NCBI GenBank assembly: GCA_029246995.1
Contig: JAQWMB010000012.1
Coordinates: 28,653-92,652 of the forward strand
Origin: Dehalococcoidia bacterium
Lineage (GTDB): Bacteria > Chloroflexota > Dehalococcoidia > UBA2979
Length of the DNA stretch: 64,000 nucleotides
Reading direction: 5' to 3'
The first letter of the stretch is position 1. Each line of letters begins with the position of its first letter. Shown here piece by piece: positions 20,351-30,641 of the stretch. The notes beneath the pieces are model-generated. The model was not told where the DNA came from, did no database searches, and saw only the letters and a program-made list of their open reading frames with translations. Both the position numbers and the translations under genes were made by a program.

Positions 20351-22020
20351 CTTGTGACTGCACCTTTTGCGGCACTTGAAACATTCTTTGCATATTTTGC
20401 AAAAACTCCTCTTTCATAATTTGGTTTATTTTGTTCCCATTTTTTTCTTCTGCTTATAATTTCTTGATTGTCGATTCCAATATCTAATTTTCTATTTGGG
20501 ATATCGAGAATGATTTCATCTTTTTCTTCCACGAGAGCTATTGGGCCACCAACTGCTGCCTCCGGGGCTACATGGCCAGCCATTAATCCTCTAGTAGCAC
20601 CACTAAATCTTCCATCTGTTAATAATGCTACTGAATCATCAAGCCCTGCTCCAACAAGAGCAGCAGTTACACTAAGCATTTCACGCATACCAGGACCACC
20701 TTTAGGACCTTCATTTCGAATTACTAATACATCACCTTTATCAATCTGATTTTCTAATACGGCTTGCATCGCATCTTCTTCTTTTTCAAAGATTCTTGCT
20801 GGACCTTTATGGATTAATCTTTCGTGGCCAGCAACTTTTATGACACAACCTTCTGGTGCTAGATTGCCCTTTAGAATTACTAAGCCTCCAGTGGGCTTTA
20901 TTGCGTTCTGAATATCGAGAATGACTTTTTGACCTTTAGTTTCTTGTGCATCTGCAGATTCTTCAGCTAATGTTTTACCAGTAACTGTAGGAATGTCACC
21001 ATTTATTTTATTACCTGCTAGTAATTTTTGTGCCAATAATTTTGTCCCACCTGCATTATCCCAATCTAAGGCAACATACTTGCCTCCTGGTCTTAAATCT
21101 CCAATTAAAGGTGTTGCAGAGCTAATTTTATCAAAATCATCTATATCTAATCTGATACCTGCTTCATGCGCAATAGCTAAAAGATGCAATACAACATTTG
21201 TAGACCCTCCAGTTGCAGCTGCACAGGCAATCCCATTCTTAATTGATTCTTTGGTTATGATATCTCGCGGTAATATACCATTTGCGAGCACATCCATTAT
21301 TAATTTGCCAGATTCATATGCAACATCTTTTTTTCTTTTATCAGTGGCACCAACTGTTGAAGAACCCATAGGAGAAATGCCAATAAATTCTAATACTGTT
21401 GCCATTGTATTTGCAGTATATTGTGCACCGCATGAACCAGCTCCCGGGCATGCTGCATCTTCAAGCTCAGTTAATTCTTTTTCACTCAGATTACCAGCAG
21501 AATGTTGCCCAACTGCTTCAAAGACATCTTGTATCGTTACATCATGTCCTTTAAAGTTACCAGGAGCTATTGAGCCACTATAGACAATGATTGTTGGAAT
21601 GTTTAGTCTAGCTGCTACCATAGCACCTGCTGGGATAGTTTTATCACATCCAACGATAATAACTGCAGCATCAAATGAATATCCTACTGCAGATAGTTCT
21701 ATGGAATCTGCAATTAATTCACGGCTAACTAATGATGCCTTCATTCCTTCCGTGCCCATTGATATTCCATCACTAATAGAAATTGTATTGACTTCCATCG
21801 GTGTACCACCACTATTTGCTATGCCAGCCATTACATCTTGTGCTAATTCTCTATGGCTAAAATTACATGGCATTGTCCCAATCCAACTATGAGCAACCAT
21901 GACTAATGGTTTTTTTAAATCTGCTGAGTTGTAGCCAACAGACTTAAAGTAAGATCTGGCTGGTGCTCTTTCAGGTCCATCTACTAATTTTTTGCTTTTG
22001 TGTCTTGGATCAAATGACAT
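20347..22020 (-). CDS. ilvD: Dihydroxy-acid dehydratase
   Basis: [39 protein letters not shown]. Confidence 0.97.
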   Translation of the reverse strand: MSFDPRHKSKKLVDGPERAPARSYFKSVGYNSADLKKPLVMVAHSWIGTMPCNFSHRELAQDVMAGIANSGGTPMEVNTISISDGISMGTEGMKASLVSRELIADSIELSAVGYSFDAAVIIVGCDKTIPAGAMVAARLNIPTIIVYSGSIAPGNFKGHDVTIQDVFEAVGQHSAGNLSEKELTELEDAACPGAGSCGAQYTANTMATVLEFIGISPMGSSTVGATDKRKKDVAYESGKLIMDVLANGILPRDIITKESIKNGIACAAATGGSTNVVLHLLAIAHEAGIRLDIDDFDKISSATPLIGDLRPGGKYVALDWDNAGGTKLLAQKLLAGNKINGDIPTVTGKTLAEESADAQETKGQKVILDIQNAIKPTGGLVILKGNLAPEGCVIKVAGHERLIHKGPARIFEKEEDAMQAVLENQIDKGDVLVIRNEGPKGGPGMREMLSVTAALVGAGLDDSVALLTDGRFSGATRGLMAGHVAPEAAVGGPIALVEEKDEIILDIPNRKLDIGIDNQEIISRRKKWEQNKPNYERGVFAKYAKNVSSAAKGAVTS

Positions 22021-22058
22021 TTTCTCACCTTAAAAATACTTTACTTTCATATTTGTGT

Positions 22059-22586
22059 TTAAATTAATTTTGGTATATCTGCATCCTTTGAATGTCCATT
22101 TTTTTTTGGGCAAAAATTGCAGTTACCATTTTCATCTACTACTTCATGACATAAGGGGCACGTTGGTCTTCCTGAAGCTGATAATTCTCTTGTTTGATTA
22201 ATAAAATTATGTATTAACTTTCGTTCAATTTCTATTCTGAGTTTTGGGCTTTCTCCATTTTCAATAGATTCTTGATCATCAAATATAACAACAATTCTAT
22301 TAGATGCTGTTAGGTAATCAACTCCAATCCTTATCACATTCATTTCTAAATCAGGATTATCAGGTAATTCAATAGTATTATCGGCATGTTGTCCACTTTT
22401 TTCAATTTTATTTATATGATCAGATAATAATTTAGAGCAAGCACGACCTAATGAAATCAGTTGATCTTTTTCAATCCATAAAAGATAATCATCGCTTTTT
22501 TTACTTACTACAATATAGAATCTTCTATTGCCGGGTTCGCCAATATAGTCAGCATTAATACGATCAATTATTTTTTCATCATTCAT
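22059..22586 (-). CDS. DUF3090 family protein
   Basis: GEPG.R.FY, WIEK.Q, GRP.CPLC...CPK.NGH. Confidence 0.85.
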   Translation of the reverse strand: MNDEKIIDRINADYIGEPGNRRFYIVVSKKSDDYLLWIEKDQLISLGRACSKLLSDHINKIEKSGQHADNTIELPDNPDLEMNVIRIGVDYLTASNRIVVIFDDQESIENGESPKLRIEIERKLIHNFINQTRELSASGRPTCPLCHEVVDENGNCNFCPKKNGHSKDADIPKLI

Positions 22587-22669
22587 AGTTATTTTCCATT
22601 AATTAAGAATCTTAAAGATTCAATACTTATTTGTTAACAAAGGATGTTTAGATAAACTATCATAGCATT

Positions 22670-23617
22670 ATGAGTAAGTCAGATCATCCTAATTTGTCAT
22701 CACATTCACATATTATTCATGATGAATCAATGAAGAGTTATACCTATATGAATATTGGAGGTAAAGCTAAATTACTTTGTAAAATCGGTAGCATAGATGA
22801 TTTATGTAAATCTTTAGATTGGGCGCATTCACGATCTTTAGATATCAAAATTTTGGGTGGCTGTTCAAATGTACTTATTGATGATAATGGTTGGGATGGA
22901 ATGATTATTTTATTAAGAGACAACATGAATAATGTCGATATTAAAAATAATTTAGTCACTGCAGAATCTGGAGTAATGCTTCCAAAACTTTCAAAGATGG
23001 CTGCCCAGTCTCATCTAAGCGGCCTTGAGTTTGCAATAGGAATACCTGGCACACTTGGTGGCGCTTTGTACAGCAATGCTGGTATCAATGATGGTGGCAA
23101 TATTGGCTCAATTACAAAAAGTGTTACTGTTTTAAGGGAAAGCAATTTACATATTTTAGAATCCTCGCAATTACAATTTAGTTATCGGTCATCAAACTTA
23201 AAAGATAATAATGAAATAATTATTTCAGCGACGTTACTTTTGAATCATGAAGAACCAAGTGCAATTGCAAAGACGATGAGTTCTATAATTAATTATCGCA
23301 AATTAACGCAACCTGCATCTTCAAAAAATGCCGGATCAATTTTTAAAAATCCTCCTGATTCTACTGCTGGCGAACTTATTGAAAAAGCAGATTTGAAAGG
23401 ATACAGATATGGTGGCGCATCTGTTAGTGGAATCCATGCTAATTTTATTGTCAATGATGATAATGCGAGTGCACAAGATGTTGCTGCTTTAATGTTAGAA
23501 ATTCAGTCGAAGGTTTATATAAGTTCTGGGATTTTATTAGAACCTGAGGTAGAATGGATAAGTGATAAAGATATTCCTAAAATTTTTTATCAAAAATCTT
23601 CGAATAAAATTGTATAA
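22670..23617 (+). CDS. murB: UDP-N-acetylenolpyruvoylglucosamine reductase
   Basis: IGGKA, LGG.SNVL, GLEFA.GIPGTLGGA..NAG, FSYRSS, AGSIFKNP, HANFIVN, LEPEV. Confidence 0.95.
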   Translation: MSKSDHPNLSSHSHIIHDESMKSYTYMNIGGKAKLLCKIGSIDDLCKSLDWAHSRSLDIKILGGCSNVLIDDNGWDGMIILLRDNMNNVDIKNNLVTAESGVMLPKLSKMAAQSHLSGLEFAIGIPGTLGGALYSNAGINDGGNIGSITKSVTVLRESNLHILESSQLQFSYRSSNLKDNNEIIISATLLLNHEEPSAIAKTMSSIINYRKLTQPASSKNAGSIFKNPPDSTAGELIEKADLKGYRYGGASVSGIHANFIVNDDNASAQDVAALMLEIQSKVYISSGILLEPEVEWISDKDIPKIFYQKSSNKIV

Positions 23618-23633
23618 GGATTGGATCTATCTG

Positions 23634-24203
23634 ATGGGCAAAACATATGATTCTGAAAAAGAGGTTTCAAATGAAATCTCTGAACAATTAAAAAATGAAA
23701 TCTTTTTATTTATTAGAAATTGGAAAAAATCTAGAGCTTGGTTAATGACTCGTAGAAAAGATTCTCGAGAGATTATGCGACCCGTTGGTTCTTTTATCAA
23801 TCAAGATTGGTCAGTTGGGACTATTACTCAAGATTTACATCTTAAAACTAAGCATGTACAAAATGATTCGATAACTGGCTATCTTTGGATTGAAGTTGAT
23901 AAACCTAGATATGGTAGATTAGATTTTCCAAGAAATGTTTGGATGCAAGGTCAAGCTGAGGTACTTGAGGATGAGGATTCAGTCAATGAATTTTTTTCTA
24001 AACGATCTGCTGCTACTGGGAGAGGCGATGCACATCCTCAAGATAATACTTACAAGAGAATGTTAATAAATACTCAGCCGCAGTATTTACGAGCAGAAGG
24101 TTTTTTTAAGGATGAACCTATGCGGGCAGTTATTATAAGAGATTTTACTGAACCAATTTTATTATCTGAAGAGGATATTGCAAATCGTTTAAATCAAAAA
24201 TAA
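23634..24203 (+). CDS. Pyridoxamine 5'-phosphate oxidase-like split-barrel flavin/F420-binding protein (paralog 1)
   Basis: L.T.R.D...MRPV, K.KHVQN, VWMQG.AEV; ATG near 23634 (MGKTYD) preferred. Confidence 0.65.
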   Translation: MGKTYDSEKEVSNEISEQLKNEIFLFIRNWKKSRAWLMTRRKDSREIMRPVGSFINQDWSVGTITQDLHLKTKHVQNDSITGYLWIEVDKPRYGRLDFPRNVWMQGQAEVLEDEDSVNEFFSKRSAATGRGDAHPQDNTYKRMLINTQPQYLRAEGFFKDEPMRAVIIRDFTEPILLSEEDIANRLNQK

Positions 24204-24228
24204 TTAATATTATATAAGGAGGTATATT

Positions 24229-24738
24229 ATGGGAGAAGTTTGGGATAAAGAAAAGCAAATAGATCCTAATGATGCAGAGCAATTTCGTTCTGAGATACTT
24301 GATTTTATTTCTAAGTATCACTCTTCAACTCTTTCTTATTTATTAACAATTAGAAAGAATGGTCAGCCAGTAATGAGGCCAGTCTCTACTTTTGTTGAAG
24401 ATTGGACTATATATACAATTAGCCAGCATCATCAAATCAAAGTACAACATGTTAAGAATAATCCTAATGTTGGTTACTTATTCACTGATAATGGAGGACC
24501 AGCATATATGCCGCTTGGCTATACCAAAAATGTCTGGGTATCAGGATTATGTGAAATTTCAAATAATCAAGACGAAATAAGTGATTTTTTTAAGCGACGT
24601 GAGTCTGTAACTGGTCAGGGTGACGCACATCCTCATGATGATAGTTATACTAGGATATTATTTAAAACTAAGCTGAATTATTTACGTGCTGAAGGTTTTG
24701 CAGAGCATGCTAGGCCTATTGTATATAAGAGCTTTTAA
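24229..24738 (+). CDS. Pyridoxamine 5'-phosphate oxidase-like split-barrel protein (paralog 2)
   Basis: LLTIRKNGQPVMRPV, KVQHVKNNPNV, VWVSG.CEI; strong SD AAGGAGG. Confidence 0.75.
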   Translation: MGEVWDKEKQIDPNDAEQFRSEILDFISKYHSSTLSYLLTIRKNGQPVMRPVSTFVEDWTIYTISQHHQIKVQHVKNNPNVGYLFTDNGGPAYMPLGYTKNVWVSGLCEISNNQDEISDFFKRRESVTGQGDAHPHDDSYTRILFKTKLNYLRAEGFAEHARPIVYKSF

Positions 24739-24741
24739 GTT

Positions 24742-25101
24742 ATGGATGAAAAAAAAGAACTTGTTGGTGTAATTATTTGGACTCAAAACTTTGACATTAT
24801 GTCAAAATTTTATTTAAACACACTCATGCTAGAACCAAAAACAATTAGAAATGATTTTATTAATTTTAAGTGGGGTAAAATGAAGTTATCTCTTGCAGTT
24901 CATGAAGATATTCAAGGAAAATCTAAGGATAAAAATAGAATCATGTTAAACTTTGAAGTCAAAAACATTCAAAGAATTTATGAGCAATTACTAATTAAAA
25001 AAGTAGAATTTATCAGAAAACCTGAAGATGAGGGATGGGGTAAAGTTTCGAGTTTTCTCGATCCAGATGAGAATATTTTACAGCTTCTAGAGATATATTA
25101 A
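24742..25101 (+). CDS. VOC/glyoxalase family protein
   Basis: FY..TL.L, LNFEV, P.DEGWG..F.DPDEN.LQL.E. Confidence 0.85.
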   Translation: MDEKKELVGVIIWTQNFDIMSKFYLNTLMLEPKTIRNDFINFKWGKMKLSLAVHEDIQGKSKDKNRIMLNFEVKNIQRIYEQLLIKKVEFIRKPEDEGWGKVSSFLDPDENILQLLEIY

Positions 25102-25180
25102 AATTAATTTTTTATGAAGTTAGATTTTTCTTGTCTAGACAATTAAATTATTGAGAATAAAATTACTATAGGGGATATTA

Positions 25181-25438
25181 ATGGTACAAATATTTTTTTG
25201 GTTGTTGTCTTTTGCATTAATTTTTTTCATGGGCTTTCTAGGCTTTCGTTCATTTGTTGGAAATGCAAGTGCGGGTAAGCATACTATTTATGCTGGAAAT
25301 GCAAATCTTAAAAATTTATTAACTCAATTCACTCAACGTGATGTTTTAAATAAATTAGTTGTTTATGGTGGGGCATTAACTTTGCTGTTATTAAATTTAT
25401 TACTTATTTTAGGTATTATATTTTTCCCTTCACATTAA
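25181..25438 (+). CDS. Small two-TM membrane protein (SecG-like topology)
   Basis: Two hydrophobic helices separated by a small-residue loop; SD AGGGG; family not certain. Confidence 0.55.
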   Translation: MVQIFFWLLSFALIFFMGFLGFRSFVGNASAGKHTIYAGNANLKNLLTQFTQRDVLNKLVVYGGALTLLLLNLLLILGIIFFPSH

Positions 25439-25452
25439 TTTGAGAGATTATA

Positions 25453-26178
25453 TTGATTAACATTGCGCACAGAGGCCTATCTGCTAAAGCACCAGAAAAC
25501 ACTTTATTTTCATTTGATTGTGCTATTGAACAGGGCATGTTCCATTTAGAGTTCGATGTCCAGTTGACTTCAGATGACATTCCAGTTGTGATACATGATG
25601 AAACCGTGGACAGAACTACAGATTCTAATGGTTTAGTGAGTAGTTTTAGTTCTAACGAGATAGCAGGTTTAAATGCATTAAACAACTTTAAAAATATGGA
25701 TAGTATCGATCCTGATTTATTATGCATACCTAGATTGCAAGATGTTTTACTCAGATATCTTGGTCAAGCACACTATTATATCGAATTGAAATCATCTGAA
25801 TCTCATTTAGCTAGCATAGTAGCTGAAACTCTGAAAGAGTGTGATGCATTACAATATTCTTCTTTAGCTCCACAATCTGCGCCAGGTTTAACAATTATCT
25901 CTTTTTCTTTAGAACAGGTTATGCGCTCTCAAATGCTTTTACCTGAAGTACGTCATGGTTGGCTAAGATATGAGTTTAATGAGATCGATATTGATTTAGT
26001 CGTTAAGAATAATCTTCATGGCATTTATCCATATATGCAATTTATTCAAAAAGATCTTGTGCAGTATGCTATTAAGCAAGGTATAGGTGTGGGTGTATGG
26101 GGAATTGAAAAAGAATCTGAATACAGGTCTCTATTAGGAATGGGAGTTCATGGTGCAACAGTGAACTGGCTGCCTTGA
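25453..26178 (+). CDS. Glycerophosphodiester phosphodiesterase (GlpQ/UgpQ family)
   Basis: IAHRG...APENT, EFDVQLT.D..PVVIHD..VDRTT, IELK. Confidence 0.92.
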   Translation: MINIAHRGLSAKAPENTLFSFDCAIEQGMFHLEFDVQLTSDDIPVVIHDETVDRTTDSNGLVSSFSSNEIAGLNALNNFKNMDSIDPDLLCIPRLQDVLLRYLGQAHYYIELKSSESHLASIVAETLKECDALQYSSLAPQSAPGLTIISFSLEQVMRSQMLLPEVRHGWLRYEFNEIDIDLVVKNNLHGIYPYMQFIQKDLVQYAIKQGIGVGVWGIEKESEYRSLLGMGVHGATVNWLP

Positions 26179-26179
26179 A

Positions 26180-27829
26180 CTACTTTTCAGCCATTTTTCT
26201 ACCTTTTTCAATATTGACAAATTTTAGCAAAAAGATTCCAATTATCATTAATATTAATAGTGACAGGATAGCGATTTTACTATCCCATTTGGAAGCAAAT
26301 ATAGCATAGCTGAGGGGTCCAATAATTGTAGCCGTTCTACCAATTAAAGCAAAGAATCCAAAAAATTCTGCACTTTCTTGTTTCGGTACCATGTAAGCAA
26401 AGATACTTCTTGCTAATGCTTGACTGCCTCCCATAAAAATTCCTAAACAGCTACCTAAGATTAGCCATTGAATATCGATATTAATGCCAAAAGGAATCCA
26501 TACGTTATTTCGAATAAAGTTTGACCACCAGCTTAGTTTGTATCTGTCTATATTCGAAGGATGCAATTCTCCGATTCTTTTTTCATTTATTGAGCCTGAA
26601 ATTGCAATGCTAGCTTTATAATTGCTATTATTTATTTCGCGCAATAGGACATTAATATCTGATTTAGATAGTTCTAAGTTTATGATCATTTTTTTATTTA
26701 GTAATGATTCTAATTTTTTTTGTTCGGCATCTGAAATGTTTTCAAATTCTTGGAGAGTAAAAGTGCCTATATTTGATTCTGTAATCTGAATATCAAATTC
26801 ATTAAATTCTTGGGGAACCATTGGAGCAAACGATAATGCAAAAATAGTTAAAGCGATCCACCCCATTAAAGCAACAATAAGAGCTTTTTTTGCTGAAATT
26901 ATGTCTGCTAATTTAGAAAAAAGTAATGCACCTGGAGCAGCAATAAATTGGACAATTAAAATTGTTGCCATATTCGATAATAATGAAACACCTAATACGT
27001 CAGCACCAAATGCTCCTGCAACTGATAATACTGTAGCAATACCATCCGTAAAAAAGAAATATGCAATAAGATAAATGCCAAGCATTTTATAGCGGCTAAT
27101 ATTTTTAATAGTTTTTAAAACTTTTTTAAAAGATTCACTAATCATATTTTCATTGACTGTCTTATTGTTCTCACGAAATTCTGGTACTAATTTGAAGGTT
27201 AATATCGACCAACCGATCCACCAGAATCCAACAGATGCAATACAAGCACGAGTTATAAGATCGAGTGAATCAGAATTAGTGTATGTAACAACAATAGCGA
27301 GGTGAATTAGTAAGAGTAAGCCTCCTCCTATGTATCCATATGCAAATCCACGTGCACTGACTTTATCAAGAAATTGAGGCGCAACAACATGAGGGAGCAA
27401 TGCATTATAAAATGCCGTTCCTCCAATAAATCCTACATTTGCAGTCACAAAACAACCCAGAAACCATGCCCAAGGATTAGAAAAATATGGCGCAAAGAAC
27501 ATAAGCATCGTCGCTATAGAACCTATGGCAGTATAAATGACAAGCATTTTCTTCTTTGTAGATGTTTTATCTGCCAATGCACCTAATATAGGACCGGTAA
27601 GCATTATAATTGCTGCAGACAATGCAATAGCAAGGCTCCACATAGAGCTTCCTGATAAATTTAACCCAAGAAAATTTACTGTGTCGCCGAATTTATCTTG
27701 AAATAGTGCAATGAAATAAATTGGGACGATTGCAACAATCGTTGTTGCAAATCCAGAATTTGCCCAATCATACATACACCAGCCATGAATAATCTTTTTT
27801 CGTTCTTTTGATAAATTTTGAAATTCCAT
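26180..27829 (-). CDS. MFS transporter, UMF1/BtlA (ATG22-like) family with inserted loop domain
   Basis: WCMYDWANS, YNALLP, SARGFAYGYIGG, GSQALARS.F...P...AEFFGF. Confidence 0.88.
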   Translation of the reverse strand: MEFQNLSKERKKIIHGWCMYDWANSGFATTIVAIVPIYFIALFQDKFGDTVNFLGLNLSGSSMWSLAIALSAAIIMLTGPILGALADKTSTKKKMLVIYTAIGSIATMLMFFAPYFSNPWAWFLGCFVTANVGFIGGTAFYNALLPHVVAPQFLDKVSARGFAYGYIGGGLLLLIHLAIVVTYTNSDSLDLITRACIASVGFWWIGWSILTFKLVPEFRENNKTVNENMISESFKKVLKTIKNISRYKMLGIYLIAYFFFTDGIATVLSVAGAFGADVLGVSLLSNMATILIVQFIAAPGALLFSKLADIISAKKALIVALMGWIALTIFALSFAPMVPQEFNEFDIQITESNIGTFTLQEFENISDAEQKKLESLLNKKMIINLELSKSDINVLLREINNSNYKASIAISGSINEKRIGELHPSNIDRYKLSWWSNFIRNNVWIPFGINIDIQWLILGSCLGIFMGGSQALARSIFAYMVPKQESAEFFGFFALIGRTATIIGPLSYAIFASKWDSKIAILSLLILMIIGIFLLKFVNIEKGRKMAEK

Positions 27830-27874
27830 TTTTTTTCTTTCTAGGTTGATGCATTATTTGATACTATTTTTTTT

Positions 27875-28612
27875 ATGGAAATAGTTCTTATAGGTATCAT
27901 ATGTTTTTGCGGGGCATTTGTCCAAGCCTTAATTGGGTTTGGCTATGCAGTTTTTGTTACGCCATTAGTAGCAATTATTCTTGGACCTAAAATTGCAATT
28001 GCATTTTCTATTGTAACTAGCACGTTTGCATCGTATTTATTATTTTTTCAACGTGGGGCATATCATGAACTAAGAAATGTTAGTTTGCTAGCATTTACTG
28101 CAGTTATTGGGACACCAATCGGTATTTATTTCTTGTTGTACTTGAATGAAGATCTGATTAGATTTTTAATTTCAGTAGCAATCTTTATTAGTGCATTTGT
28201 TTCTTTAAGAAAAAAAAATAATGAACAACATGGTGAGAGTGTATTTTTTAAGACTATTGTCGGACTTTTATCGGGTATCATGAGGGGCACTGTCTCAATG
28301 GGTGGCCCACCTGTAGTTATTTATCAAAATTGGATTGGTGGTACTCCAGATATTATTAGAAACAGAATGTATGCATTTTTTGTATGGATAAGTCCTGTTG
28401 GGATTATATTGTTGTTGCCATCTGGATTAATTAATATTGATTTAGTTAAGTTGCTCCCTTTTTCCATACTATCTATTTTTTCGGGTATTTTTGTCGGTGC
28501 AAAATATCGTGTAAGAATTTCTACGAGCATCTTTCATTTTCTTTCCATGTCTTTATTATTTTTTATAAGTGTTATTGGCATAATTAATAGTATATTAATT
28601 TGGGTAAATTAA
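27875..28612 (+). CDS. TauE/SafE (TSUP) family exporter
   Basis: GFG.A, GTPIG, G..SG...G..SMGGPP motifs; multi-TM. Confidence 0.85.
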   Translation: MEIVLIGIICFCGAFVQALIGFGYAVFVTPLVAIILGPKIAIAFSIVTSTFASYLLFFQRGAYHELRNVSLLAFTAVIGTPIGIYFLLYLNEDLIRFLISVAIFISAFVSLRKKNNEQHGESVFFKTIVGLLSGIMRGTVSMGGPPVVIYQNWIGGTPDIIRNRMYAFFVWISPVGIILLLPSGLINIDLVKLLPFSILSIFSGIFVGAKYRVRISTSIFHFLSMSLLFFISVIGIINSILIWVN

Positions 28613-28630
28613 TTTTTATTGGAGGATTAA

Positions 28631-28915
28631 ATGCATGCCTTAACTATAGAACAAATTAATGAAGGATTAGAGCAGTTATCCGATTGGGTTTATGAAGATA
28701 ACAATATTGTCAAAAAAATTGAAACAATTGATTTTATTCAAGCTATTGGTGTAATAGTCAGAATTGCTTTAGAAGCAGAAAAAATGAATCATCATCCAAC
28801 TATAGAAAATACTTATAATAAAATTATCATAAGACTGTCTACTCATGACGCATCCGGTATTACTGAAAAAGATTTTGCTTTAGCAAAAAAAATTGATAAT
28901 TTAGTATCTGAATAA
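28631..28915 (+). CDS. phhB: Pterin-4-alpha-carbinolamine dehydratase
   Basis: AEKMNHHP, YNK..I.LSTHDA.GITEKDF.LA..ID. Confidence 0.93.
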   Translation: MHALTIEQINEGLEQLSDWVYEDNNIVKKIETIDFIQAIGVIVRIALEAEKMNHHPTIENTYNKIIIRLSTHDASGITEKDFALAKKIDNLVSE

Positions 28916-28939
28916 TTTATTAAAATTACTGGTAAGCTG

Positions 28940-30331
28940 ATGAGACAGTTAGATCTGAAAAAAAATTTAAATAATGTTGGTGATTGCATTATCTATATAA
29001 TGAGTCGTGATCAACGTATTAATGATAATCATGCTTTACTTTATGCACAAAAGCTTAGTCTTGAGAAAGCACTGCCTATTGTTATTTTATTTAATTTTAC
29101 ACCGAATGTTGGGGTGAGGGCACGTGAACATTATTCCTTTATGATAAATGGACTTAAAGAAATTGAAAAAAAATGTGAGCGTAAAAAGATTTCTTTTGTA
29201 CTTACAATTGGTGAACCCATTACGCAAATATCTTCAATGCTTAATAGATTAAATCCTCAAGAGGTAATTTTTGATTTTAGTCCATTAAAGAATATACAAA
29301 AAACACAAAAGAAAATCGTCAACACCAATGAATGCTCATTTACGATTATTGATACTCATAATATTATTCCAACATGGTTATTGTCTGACAAAGAAGAGTA
29401 TGCTGCGCATACAATTAGAAGAAAAGTTCATAAACAACTAGCAAATTGGTTAATAGAACCAGAAAAGATTATGACTAATCCTTATCAATTAAAATGTAAA
29501 ATACCAAAAAATAATTGGAGGAAAGTAGATATTTTAATCAATTCGATTAAATCAAATGGATCTAAAATCGAATATGTTGCTGGTGAACAAGCTGCTCAAT
29601 TAGGATTAAAAAATTTTATATTATATCGACTTGATGCTTATGCCACCCAGCGAAACTTACCTACAAATAATGGTCAGAGCAATTTAAGTCCTTATTTACA
29701 TTTTGGTCATCTTTCATCGCTTCGAATTACATTAAATATATTAAATTCAAGTCAAGAAAGCCCTTTGCTTTTTAAAGAAGGCAAATTACCTTCAATTGAT
29801 GGTGAGCCTTCTAGGCAAGATAGCATCAATATATTTCTTGAAGAATTAATTGTACGGAAAGAGTTGGCAGATAATTTTTGTTATTTCAATAATAGTTATG
29901 ATTCATTAATAGGTGCTAAAAATTGGGCCCAAGAATCTTTAAGTAGACATAATAATGATGTGCGTGATTATAACTACGAACTTAAAGATTGGATCAATGC
30001 AAGTACTCATGATTTAGCATGGAATGCATCACAACAAGAATTGATGCGTACTGGTAAAATGCATGGTTACATGCGTATGTATTGGGCAAAAAAAATTCTC
30101 GAATGGTCTGAGACGCCAGAATTAGCTATTCAAACGGCTATTTTTTTGAATGATCATTATTCAATAGATGGCGGGGATCCAAATGGATATACAGGAATAA
30201 TGTGGTCAATTGCTGGAGTACACGATCGACCGTGGTTTGAACGTAAAGTTTTTGGCAAAATTCGCTACATGAATTTAAATGGCCTTAAGCGTCGCTTTGA
30301 TGTAGAAAAATATATCAATCAATGGAAATAA
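28940..30331 (+). CDS. phrB: Class II CPD photolyase
   Basis: MSRDQR.NDN.AL, SNLSPYLHFG, EELIVRKELADNF, GKMHGYMRMYWAKKILEW, DG.DPNGY.GI.WSI.GVHDR, FGKIRYM. Confidence 0.95.
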   Translation: MRQLDLKKNLNNVGDCIIYIMSRDQRINDNHALLYAQKLSLEKALPIVILFNFTPNVGVRAREHYSFMINGLKEIEKKCERKKISFVLTIGEPITQISSMLNRLNPQEVIFDFSPLKNIQKTQKKIVNTNECSFTIIDTHNIIPTWLLSDKEEYAAHTIRRKVHKQLANWLIEPEKIMTNPYQLKCKIPKNNWRKVDILINSIKSNGSKIEYVAGEQAAQLGLKNFILYRLDAYATQRNLPTNNGQSNLSPYLHFGHLSSLRITLNILNSSQESPLLFKEGKLPSIDGEPSRQDSINIFLEELIVRKELADNFCYFNNSYDSLIGAKNWAQESLSRHNNDVRDYNYELKDWINASTHDLAWNASQQELMRTGKMHGYMRMYWAKKILEWSETPELAIQTAIFLNDHYSIDGGDPNGYTGIMWSIAGVHDRPWFERKVFGKIRYMNLNGLKRRFDVEKYINQWK

Positions 30332-30342
30332 GACTAGAATAA

Positions 30343-30417
30343 TGGTGAGCCCGGGGAGAATCGAACTCCCGACCGAATGCTTAAAAGGCATCTGCTCTAC
30401 CGCTGAGCTACGGGCCC
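30343..30417 (-). tRNA. tRNA-Lys(UUU)
   Basis: Reverse complement GGGCCCGTAGCTCAGCGGTAGAGCAGATGC-CTTTTAA-GCATTCGGTCGGGAGTTCGATTCTCCCCGGGCTCACCA; cloverleaf, encoded CCA. Confidence 0.97.
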
Positions 30418-30526
30418 AGATCTATGTTCCTGAAAAACAACAATACTGTCAACCGATAAATTTCTAATCTGTTAGCATTGTGAACTAGGGGAGTGTTTTT
30501 TCATTATTACTCTAGGAATTAATTGT
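30381..30526. repeat. att-like direct repeat copy 1 (tRNA-Lys 5' half plus 109 bp upstream)
   Basis: Matches 33357-33502; identical over the 37-bp tRNA part, 11 mismatches counted in the upstream part. Confidence 0.95.
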
Positions 30527-30550
30527 GTATACAGATAAATATTATGTAAT

Positions 30551-30572
30551 ACCCACCAATAAACCCACCAAA
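30551..30572. repeat. 22-bp tandem arm-like site ACCCACCAATAAACCCACCAAA (left)
   Basis: Identical to 33229-33250; 9-mer ACCCACCAA repeated with a 12-bp period. Confidence 0.9.
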
Positions 30573-30619
30573 CTATAGAATAACGTGTTTTTCAACTTAT
30601 ACTGAGTTCTATGTAAAAC

Positions 30620-30641
30620 CGTACGAATTAATACGAACTAA
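30620..30641 (-). repeat. Site A: TTAGTTCGTATTAATTCGTACG (inverted copy of the cassette-boundary motif)
   Basis: 21/22 match to the reverse complement of site D (33139-33160). Confidence 0.9.

Noticed and set aside
20468-21892. Long plus-strand ORFs antisense to ilvD (and similar shadow ORFs such as 289-609, 55813-56436, 30936-31136, 50342-50569)
   Set aside because: They overlap well-supported genes or a tRNA and show no protein motifs; typical antisense or alternate-frame shadows.
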